Source: Lentisphaerota bacterium
Lineage (GTDB): Bacteria; Verrucomicrobiota; Kiritimatiellia; RFP12; JAAYNR01
Assembly (NCBI GenBank): GCA_016873675.1
Contig: VGWG01000005.1
Location: forward strand, 5,648 to 69,647
Direction of reading: 5' to 3'
DNA: 64,000 bases
Shown: positions 57,539-64,000 of the stretch, piece after piece
How positions within the stretch are numbered: position 1 is the first letter of the stretch
Layout of the letters: each line of letters opens with the position of its first letter
Notes under the pieces: model-generated
What the model saw: only the letters and a program-made list of their open reading frames with translations
Databases searched by the model: none
Told to the model about the DNA's origin: nothing
Program-made: the position numbers and the translations under genes

Positions 57539-58906
57539 ATGAAAAGAACGATCCGGATAGCGGCTGCGTCCTTGGGACTCGGCGCGGGTTTTTTGTCGGC
57601 CGGGACTGTCGGGTGGCGGGGTGACGGCACTGGACGCTTCCCCGGCGTGACCGCGCCGCTGCACTGGGACAAGGCCGAGTGCCTGGTGTGGAAGACGCCC
57701 ACGCCCAAGTGGTCGAACGCCAGCCCCATTCTGGTGGGCGACCGGATCTTCCTGTGCGCCGAGCCCGACAGCCTGCTCTGCCTGAATAAGCTCACCGGAG
57801 AGATCCTGTGGCAGCATTCGAACAGCTACGCAGACATCGCCCCGGAGGCGGATCGTGACGCGATCCGGACGAAGATGGTGCAGGTTGTCGCAATCGACAC
57901 ACGGATGAAAGAGCTCCAGAGCAAGCTGCGCCCACTCGAGAAGACGGCGAAAGAAAAGCCCGGCGATGCGGAGGTCCAGGCTGCGATCACCGCAAACAAA
58001 ACCGAGCAGAGTGTGCTGCGCGAGGAACGAAAGGCGGTTCAGGACTACGCCATGCCCAGTACCCACGCAGCCAACGGCTTTAGTTCATGCACCCCGGCGA
58101 CGGACGGGTCCCGCATCTTCGCCTTTTTCGGCAGCGGGGTCGCGGTCGCCTACGATCTCGAGGGAACGCGTCTATGGTCGCGCGTTGTCGAGAAACCAAC
58201 CGAAGGATGGGGCCACAGCGCGTCGCCGGTTCTGGCCGATGGCCGCCTCGTCATTCAGGTCCGCGATGTCCACGGACTCGATCCCGCCACTGGCAAGACC
58301 GTCTGGACGGTCAAATCGAAGCCCCGCTGGGGCGCCTGCGTGGGTGCTGTAATTGACGGTCAGGGGGTCGTGATCACCGCCAACGGCGAGCTCATCCGAG
58401 CAAAGGATGGCCTCGTTCTGGCCTCGGGACTGCACGGGCTGGAATACTGCGCGCCGCTGGTTCACGAAGGCGTGGTCTATTTCATCGAGAATGGCGGCAA
58501 GGCCTTCCGGCTGCCCGCGAAAGCGGATGGCTCTGAAAAGCCCGAGCTGTTGTGGCAGACTTCCCCCCCCAAAGATCGGTACTACGCCTCGCCGCTCTAT
58601 CACGACGGCGCAATTTACTGCATCAACCAGAATCGCGTGTATAGCATCATCGATGCGAAAGACGGAAAGGTGCTGAAGAGCCAAGCCATCAAGAGCCTGA
58701 AGCAAACGGTGTATCCGAGCGTCACCCTCGCTGGTACGTACATCGTGCTCGCCGCAGAGAGCGGAAGTGCCGTCATTCTGGAGCCTGGCGTCGCGATGAA
58801 GGAGGTCGCGACCTCCTCCATGGGGCCCTTCCGATCGACCCCGGTTTTTGACAATGACCGGGTCTACATCCGCACGCATGACGCGATGGTGTGCATTCAA
58901 CGGTGA
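57539..58906 (+). CDS. PQQ-like beta-propeller repeat protein (BamB-like) with a coiled-coil insert
   Basis: A signal peptide, then repeated ...DG.L.A.D..TGK..W motifs (LCLNKLTGEILWQ, LDPATGKTVWT), and a ~60-aa charged helical insertion (…RMKELQSKLRPLEKTAKEKPGDAEVQAAITANKTEQSVLREERKA…). Confidence 0.6.
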   Translation: MKRTIRIAAASLGLGAGFLSAGTVGWRGDGTGRFPGVTAPLHWDKAECLVWKTPTPKWSNASPILVGDRIFLCAEPDSLLCLNKLTGEILWQHSNSYADIAPEADRDAIRTKMVQVVAIDTRMKELQSKLRPLEKTAKEKPGDAEVQAAITANKTEQSVLREERKAVQDYAMPSTHAANGFSSCTPATDGSRIFAFFGSGVAVAYDLEGTRLWSRVVEKPTEGWGHSASPVLADGRLVIQVRDVHGLDPATGKTVWTVKSKPRWGACVGAVIDGQGVVITANGELIRAKDGLVLASGLHGLEYCAPLVHEGVVYFIENGGKAFRLPAKADGSEKPELLWQTSPPKDRYYASPLYHDGAIYCINQNRVYSIIDAKDGKVLKSQAIKSLKQTVYPSVTLAGTYIVLAAESGSAVILEPGVAMKEVATSSMGPFRSTPVFDNDRVYIRTHDAMVCIQR

Positions 58907-58921
58907 AGCCGGGAGCGCCCC

Positions 58922-59656
58922 ATGCAAACGGATCCCATTTTAATGTGCGCCTGTTCGCACGCAGATGTCATACCGGAAGAGAAGAAACGCGCGGTGGCCG
59001 CAGGACTGGAACGCTGCGGCCGCCCGGTGGTGATCGCGCCGGATTTGTGCGGCTGTGCTGCCCGGCGGGATCCGGTGTTGCGGGAGATCGCCGACGCCGC
59101 TCGCGCGACGGTCATCGCCTGTCATCCGCGGGCCGTCCATGGACTCTTCGCGTGGGCGGGCGCGCCACTCGACCCCGCCCGTGTCCAGTTCCTGGATATG
59201 CGCGCGGAGTCCGCCGCAACGCTGCTGGCCGCGATTACCTGCGGGAGCGACACTCCGGCGGCGATCCAGCGCGAACCCGACACGGCGGCCAGCGTTGGGG
59301 ATTTCTGGCGGCCGTGGTTTCCAGTCATCGATTACGCGCGATGCGTGAACTGCCGGCAGTGCCTCGAGTTCTGCCTCTTTGGCGTCTACGAGACCGATGC
59401 GGACGGCCGCGTCGCGGTCCGCCATCCGGATCACTGCAAAAACAACTGTCCGGCCTGCGCCCGCCTGTGTCCGCAGGCAGCGATCTTATTTCCCAAGATC
59501 GACGAGGAGTCGCCTGTGAGCGGCGCCCCCGACGATGCGGCGTCGGCGGCCGGAAAAGTACGGCTGACCCGCGAGCAATTGTTTGGCGCCAACGTCCTCG
59601 ACAAGCTGCGGGCGCGCCAGCAACGGCCGAGCCTGCTCAAGAACGAACACTACTGA
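58922..59656 (+). CDS. Ferredoxin-like protein, two [4Fe-4S] cluster motifs, with a Cys-rich N-domain
   Basis: CVNCRQCLEFC...CKNNCPACARLCP (2x CxxCxxCxxxCP-like), plus N-terminal MCACS...CGCAA...ACHPR. Its stop is 8 nt before the radical-SAM start. Confidence 0.6.
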   Translation: MQTDPILMCACSHADVIPEEKKRAVAAGLERCGRPVVIAPDLCGCAARRDPVLREIADAARATVIACHPRAVHGLFAWAGAPLDPARVQFLDMRAESAATLLAAITCGSDTPAAIQREPDTAASVGDFWRPWFPVIDYARCVNCRQCLEFCLFGVYETDADGRVAVRHPDHCKNNCPACARLCPQAAILFPKIDEESPVSGAPDDAASAAGKVRLTREQLFGANVLDKLRARQQRPSLLKNEHY

Positions 59657-59663
59657 GATCACC

Positions 59664-60860
59664 ATGATGTTTTCGCTCGCCAGACGGATGCTCGTCGAAC
59701 CGGATGCGCGCATTCTCGCAAAGTTTTCGTATCTCTTCGCCTGGAAAGGCTGCCGCTCCATGGCCGCGTTCCAACGGCGGGCCGCGCGCGGCGAGCGATC
59801 GCCCGCCGTGCTCTTCTTCTCCGTGACCGACCGCTGCAATCTGGCCTGCAGGGGGTGTTGGGTCACGCCCGGCCAACCGCCGCGCGAACTCGCTCCCGAA
59901 GCCCTGCACGCCGCGATCGGGGAATGGAAACGCGACAACCGGTCGCATTTCTTCGGGCTGCTGGGCGGGGAACCCCTGCTCTATCCGCACCTGATGGAGA
60001 TTCTCGCCAGCCACAGCGACTGCTATTTTCAAGTCCTCACCAACGGCATGCTGCTGGATAACGCCCGGGCCGCCGCCTTTCGCCGCCTGGGCAACGTGAC
60101 GCCCCTCATCAGCATCGAGGGCGACCGGCCGACGAGCGACGTGCGGCGCGGCGCGCGCGATGTCTGGCAGCGCGGCATGGATGCCATCGAGGCGTGCCGT
60201 CGGAACCGGCTGATCTTTGGCGTGGCGACCAGCATCTGCAAGAACAACCTGGCCGATCTGGCGTCAGACGCGTTTGTCGAGGACATGATCGCGCGCGGCG
60301 CGCATTATCTGTGGTACTACATCTACCGTCCGGTCGGCCCCGATCCCGCGCCTGAGCTGGCGCTCGACGAGGCCGACATTCTCACGCTACGACGCTTCCT
60401 GGTCGAGGCCCGCAGCCGCCACCCCATCCTGCTGGTGGACGCCTATTGGGATGCCGATGGGCGCGCAATCTGTCCCGCCGCCGAAGGCATCAGTCACCAC
60501 ATCGGCCCCGGTGGCGACATCGAGCCGTGTCCACCCGTGCAGTTCAGTTGTGAGACCCTCAGCGACGGAAACAGCCTCAACGCGCTGTTTCAGAACTCAG
60601 CTTTTCTGGAGCAGTTTCGGAAGCGGGCCGCCGCCGAGGGGCGCGGGTGTATCCTGCTGGCCAATCCGGCCGCATTAAGCGACGTGGTGAGCGCGGCGAA
60701 CGCCCGTGACACGAGCGGCCGAGGTTCGGGACGGCGGGAACTGGCCGCCATGGCTTGTCGGCCGTGTCATGATCTGCCCGGCCAAGAAATTCCTGAGAAG
60801 CATTGGCTGTACCGGTTCGCTAAGAAACGATGGTTCTGGGGATTTGGAACCTATGGATGA
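59664..60860 (+). CDS. Radical SAM enzyme
   Basis: The CNLACRGCW motif (CX3CX2C) 35 aa from the N-terminus, GGEPLL (SAM glycine-rich motif), and a TIM-barrel-like remainder. C-terminal Cys residues (CPAAEG, PCPPVQFSC, GRGC, CRPC) may form an auxiliary cluster. The stop overlaps the next start (ATGGATGA). Confidence 0.8.
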   Translation: MMFSLARRMLVEPDARILAKFSYLFAWKGCRSMAAFQRRAARGERSPAVLFFSVTDRCNLACRGCWVTPGQPPRELAPEALHAAIGEWKRDNRSHFFGLLGGEPLLYPHLMEILASHSDCYFQVLTNGMLLDNARAAAFRRLGNVTPLISIEGDRPTSDVRRGARDVWQRGMDAIEACRRNRLIFGVATSICKNNLADLASDAFVEDMIARGAHYLWYYIYRPVGPDPAPELALDEADILTLRRFLVEARSRHPILLVDAYWDADGRAICPAAEGISHHIGPGGDIEPCPPVQFSCETLSDGNSLNALFQNSAFLEQFRKRAAAEGRGCILLANPAALSDVVSAANARDTSGRGSGRRELAAMACRPCHDLPGQEIPEKHWLYRFAKKRWFWGFGTYG

Positions 60861-62523
60861 CGCGATCACACGGGACGCGCCGTCCGAAGGGGCGCACGCG
60901 CGGAAACGGCAAATCCGGCATTGGCGGGAATTGCGCCAGCACGCCGCTTGCGAAGTCGCCGGACTGAAGGACGTGCCTCCGTTTTCGCTGCGGCATCTGG
61001 TGGCGCTGGCTCGATCCCTGGCGAAGCGAATCGGGGTCTGCGACGAGACCGACATCAAACTGCTGGCGATCCTGATCCACAATGAAGCTTGGCGGGGAAC
61101 GGTTGCCAGAATCCCGTTCAGCAGGCGATTGCTGCTGCTGCCCCAATGTCTGCGGTCGCGCGATGCGTGTCCGGCGGGCCGGGACGAATTCGGATTGCTC
61201 TGCGACGCCTGCGGGCGCTGCGCGCTGGGGGCCCTGCAGAGCGAGGCGACGGCGCTGGGTTATGCCGTGCTGATCGCTGAGGGGGCGGAGGCCGTTGCCG
61301 GCATGCTCCGGGAGGGGCATGTGGACGCGGTCATCGGCGTGAGTTGTCTGCAGGCCCTGGAGCAGACCTTTTCGAGAATCGCCGACGAAGCGCTTCCCGC
61401 CATGGCCGTGCCGCTGCTGCGCGACGGATGCGACACCACTGACGTGGACGTGGATCTGCTGCTCGAATACATTCGTCTGACCGGCCCCGCCACCGACCCA
61501 CCGGGCCGCTCCGTGGACGCCATGCAGGCGGCCGTGCAGGCCTGGTTCAATCCCGAGGCGCTCCACTCGCTGCTGGGGCCCGAATCCAGCCACGCGCTCC
61601 ATAGTGCTCGGACGTGGCTGGCCGGATCGGGCAAACGCTGGCGACCGCTCCTGGCCGCTTCTGTGTATGACGCCCTCCAGTATCCCTCGGTCGAGGCCTC
61701 GCCGAAGCTGGTTCAGACCATCGCCGTCGCTGTGGAATGTTTTCACAAGGCCTCGCTGATCCACGACGACATCGAGGACAACGATGATTTCCGGAACGGC
61801 GCCCCGACGCTGCATCACGAGCACGGCGTGCCCATTGCGCTGAATGCGGGCGATCTGTTGATCGGGATCGGCTACCGGCTGCTCGCAACCTGTCCGGCGG
61901 ACGAAACCGCCCGCGTGCGGATGCTGACGGCCGCCGCGATGGCGCACTGCGACCTGTGTGTCGGACAAGGCGACGAGCTTCACTGGCGGGGCCGGTCAGA
62001 TGTGCCGGCATCCGCTGATCTGCTTCAGATGTTCAGCCGCAAGACGGCCCCCGCCTTTGAAGTGGCCCTTCTGATCGGCGCTATTGCCGGCGGTGCCGAT
62101 GCTGAAACGTGCGCAGCGCTGGCCGACTTCAGCCGCGCGCTCGGCGTTGCTTATCAGATCGGCGACGACCAGCAGGATGTCGAAGAGGATTCGGCCGGAG
62201 ACCTCGCATCGGGGCAGCAACCTTCCATGATGCTGGCGCTGCTGTTCGAGCGATGCACCGCCGCCGAGCGCCGGGCCATTCAGGATGCCTTGCTGGAGGC
62301 ACCCCGGTCCGCACGCACGCGGTCATTGACGCAGGCTCTGTTTGAACAGTACCAGGTGGCCGCCGCCGCCGAGGCGTTGCGGGAAGATTACCGTGACCGC
62401 GCCTTGCAGGCGCTGGCCCCGATCCGAGTCGTCCGGCTAAAGAGCCTGCTGACGCGGCTGGTCAAACGCATTCTCCCCCGAACTGAGCGAGGCGCCGATG
62501 TCCGCGAAAGCCCCCGTGCCTGA
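60853..62523 (+). CDS. Fusion protein: N-terminal DUF116-like Cys-rich domain + C-terminal trans-isoprenyl diphosphate synthase
   Basis: N-terminal ~250 aa with LLLLPQCLRSRDACPAG...CDACGRCALG...VIGVSCL, the DUF116 pattern from memory. C-terminal FARM LIHDDIEDNDDFRNG and SARM YQIGDDQQDVEED, plus KRWRP and GxxFQ-like regions of polyprenyl synthetases. It overlaps the upstream and downstream genes. Confidence 0.7.
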   Translation: MDDAITRDAPSEGAHARKRQIRHWRELRQHAACEVAGLKDVPPFSLRHLVALARSLAKRIGVCDETDIKLLAILIHNEAWRGTVARIPFSRRLLLLPQCLRSRDACPAGRDEFGLLCDACGRCALGALQSEATALGYAVLIAEGAEAVAGMLREGHVDAVIGVSCLQALEQTFSRIADEALPAMAVPLLRDGCDTTDVDVDLLLEYIRLTGPATDPPGRSVDAMQAAVQAWFNPEALHSLLGPESSHALHSARTWLAGSGKRWRPLLAASVYDALQYPSVEASPKLVQTIAVAVECFHKASLIHDDIEDNDDFRNGAPTLHHEHGVPIALNAGDLLIGIGYRLLATCPADETARVRMLTAAAMAHCDLCVGQGDELHWRGRSDVPASADLLQMFSRKTAPAFEVALLIGAIAGGADAETCAALADFSRALGVAYQIGDDQQDVEEDSAGDLASGQQPSMMLALLFERCTAAERRAIQDALLEAPRSARTRSLTQALFEQYQVAAAAEALREDYRDRALQALAPIRVVRLKSLLTRLVKRILPRTERGADVRESPRA

Positions 62524-63481
62524 CATCATCGCCGCCGCCGCCCAGGCCCGCATTCTGATCAGTTCGGAAGGCGCGGCTCGTGTGGCTGCCTTTTTTCTGT
62601 CGGCGCGCGGCGCGGCCGGTCTCTTTCGCGACCGGGCCGGCCGGCCGGATCTCTATTACTCGGTCTTCGGCCTCGGGGGGCTGATCGCGCTGGGGGTCGG
62701 CCTGCCGCAACCCCGTGACGTACGACGGTGTCTCGACGCGGAGGCCGGCGTCACGAAGGAAGAATCGTTCACAGACTGTGTTTCGCGCATCCGGTGTCTT
62801 CGCTGTCTGAATCTTCTGGGGGATGTGCAACCGGGAGACGCGCTGAAGTTCGAGCAATCCGTCGCCCGTCTGGAGCGCTATCGCAGCGCCGATGGTGGAT
62901 ACTCGCATGAACGCGAACACGCCCCACAGGGGACAGTCTACGCCGCCTATCTGGTCGAACAGGCCCATCGGGATGCCGGAATCGCCTGGCGCGATCCCGA
63001 GCGAACGATCACCGCACTCGACACGCTTTGCACACCCGACGGCGGCTACACCAATCATTCCGGAACACCGCGCGGCTCCACGACCGCCACCGCTGCCGCT
63101 GCGGTGCTGTTGATCCGGCATGGAAAATGCCAACCGGCGCGTCGGGCGGTGGACTATCTGGCGAGGCAGCGTCATCCCGACGGCGGCTACCGGGCATCGC
63201 AAGCGGCGCCGCTGCCCGACCTGCTCTCAACCGCAACCGCGCTCTACGCCGAAAGCCTGTGCGAACCGCTCACGGATAAACCGCCCTTTCGCCCGACCGC
63301 CGCTTTCATCGAAGGACTCTGGAACGGCGATAGCGGATTCCGCAGCCAGGCAGCCGATCCGGTCTCTGACGTCGAATACACCTTCTACGCGCTGCTCGCT
63401 CTCGGCGCGCTGGCGGCGATCCATCCGTCTCAACCGAAGGCCCTTCCCCCGGCAGCAGTGAGCTGTCAAACATCGTTGTAA
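62498..63481 (+). CDS. Prenyltransferase/squalene-oxidase-repeat (alpha/alpha toroid) protein
   Basis: Four spaced DGG(Y/F) repeats (SADGGYSH, TPDGGYTNH, HPDGGYRAS, NGDSGFRS), each followed by hydrophobic helices. This is the PF00432/PF13243-type repeat of protein prenyltransferase beta subunits and class II terpene cyclases. The start overlaps the previous gene by 26 nt. Confidence 0.6.
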   Translation: MSAKAPVPDIIAAAAQARILISSEGAARVAAFFLSARGAAGLFRDRAGRPDLYYSVFGLGGLIALGVGLPQPRDVRRCLDAEAGVTKEESFTDCVSRIRCLRCLNLLGDVQPGDALKFEQSVARLERYRSADGGYSHEREHAPQGTVYAAYLVEQAHRDAGIAWRDPERTITALDTLCTPDGGYTNHSGTPRGSTTATAAAAVLLIRHGKCQPARRAVDYLARQRHPDGGYRASQAAPLPDLLSTATALYAESLCEPLTDKPPFRPTAAFIEGLWNGDSGFRSQAADPVSDVEYTFYALLALGALAAIHPSQPKALPPAAVSCQTSL

Positions 63482-64000
63482 CGGAACGTGCGGGTGCCAG
63501 TGGCAGTTGTGATGGAAAGGGCGTACTGAAGCGATCGTTCCTTCCCCAGTCGGTGACCCATTCGGGAGATGGCCTTGCTCACCGCATGCGCGGACATCCC
63601 CGTGTGCTCCCCTAACTCGGCCAATGTGAGCGCACAGTGCCGCCGCCCCAGCCAGAGGGCGATGTCCCGCCCCCGTCCGTTACCCCAGCGCCAGACGGAA
63701 GCGTCCGCGCCCGCCGGGCTGCGGACGCCCGCCACAGCACGGGCGATCTCGCCGAAGGGCAGCAGTCGCCGCCACGCGCGCGCGTTGGTCCCCGGAGACG
63801 ACCGACCGAGGATCCCCGCGCGCACCCGCCGCACGAATTCAGTCCCGCCGATCACGAGGGCGCTACTCAAACGCGCGCCCGCGCCCTCTCGCACGCTTTG
63901 AGCCACCGCCCCCTCCGCCTGCCTGCGATACTCCGCCCTCACGCCCCCCGCGCTCGCTAGGAGCGTGCCACAGGTCAACCACTCCTGCGCCGACGCGTAG
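63466..64000 (-). CDS. DnaA-C-like helix-turn-helix protein, partial (N-terminus outside the window; possible transposase-family ORF)
   Basis: The C-terminal ...DIALWLGRRHCALTLAELGEHTGMSAHAVSKAISRMGHRL resembles the DnaA_C/Bac_DnaA_C HTH found at the C-terminus of IS200-like/REP-associated proteins. The frame is open to the window edge. Confidence 0.4.
   Translation of the reverse strand, partial: YASAQEWLTCGTLLASAGGVRAEYRRQAEGAVAQSVREGAGARLSSALVIGGTEFVRRVRAGILGRSSPGTNARAWRRLLPFGEIARAVAGVRSPAGADASVWRWGNGRGRDIALWLGRRHCALTLAELGEHTGMSAHAVSKAISRMGHRLGKERSLQYALSITTATGTRTFRYNDV

Noticed and set aside
1-64000. CRISPR arrays, rRNA genes, additional tRNAs
   Set aside because: No regularly spaced direct repeats with unique spacers were seen. 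No rRNA-like conserved stretches were seen. The only tRNA-like sequences are the tRNA-Met and its 3' remnant.

Overview
This is a high-GC (~65%) chromosomal segment from a Gram-negative bacterium. The lipid A genes, lpxR, a cyclic beta-1,2-glucan synthase and a high-GC Gram-negative gene set loosely suggest PVC-group or Acidobacteria-like bacteria, but the lineage call is weak.

The window divides into four parts:

- **Left housekeeping block (1-12.3 kb).** A VIT-domain protein, a vapBC toxin-antitoxin pair, a lipid A late acyltransferase, ftsB-like, ispH, murA, an ELM1-like gene, a NUDIX gene remnant, metG and trpDCF. It ends at an intact tRNA-Met(CAT).
- **Candidate tRNA-Met island (12.4-42.0 kb).** A ~29.7 kb segment that starts right after the tRNA and ends at a degenerate ~50-nt copy of the tRNA 3' half just upstream of recO. 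No integrase is present. Cargo:
  - a complete type I restriction-modification operon with three embedded accessory genes (DUF1016/YhcG, DUF429, rhuM) and a leftover hsdS 3' fragment;
  - a MITE-like palindromic element (short non-coding inverted-repeat element);
  - an lpxR-like lipid A deacylase, a 2839-aa cyclic beta-1,2-glucan synthase and a periplasmic Fe-SOD;
  - phosphoketolase plus transaldolase;
  - a gutted P-type ATPase pseudogene;
  - a five-gene envelope/ABC module of unknown function.
- **Right housekeeping block (42-58.9 kb).** recO, a SurA-N lipoprotein, a LarA-family gene, gnd, a PfkB kinase, metB-like, a PAS/GAF hybrid histidine kinase, an M28 peptidase, a CBM9-like protein, fusA and two acyltransferase-fold genes.
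- **Right edge (58.9-63.5 kb).** A translationally coupled four-gene operon combining a 2x[4Fe-4S] ferredoxin, a radical-SAM enzyme, a DUF116::trans-polyprenyl-diphosphate-synthase fusion and a prenyltransferase/terpene-cyclase-repeat (alpha/alpha toroid) protein. This is the strongest candidate for an undescribed isoprenoid-modifying system.

No CRISPR array or rRNA was found. Many long antisense 'shadow' ORFs in the six-frame track are GC-driven artefacts.
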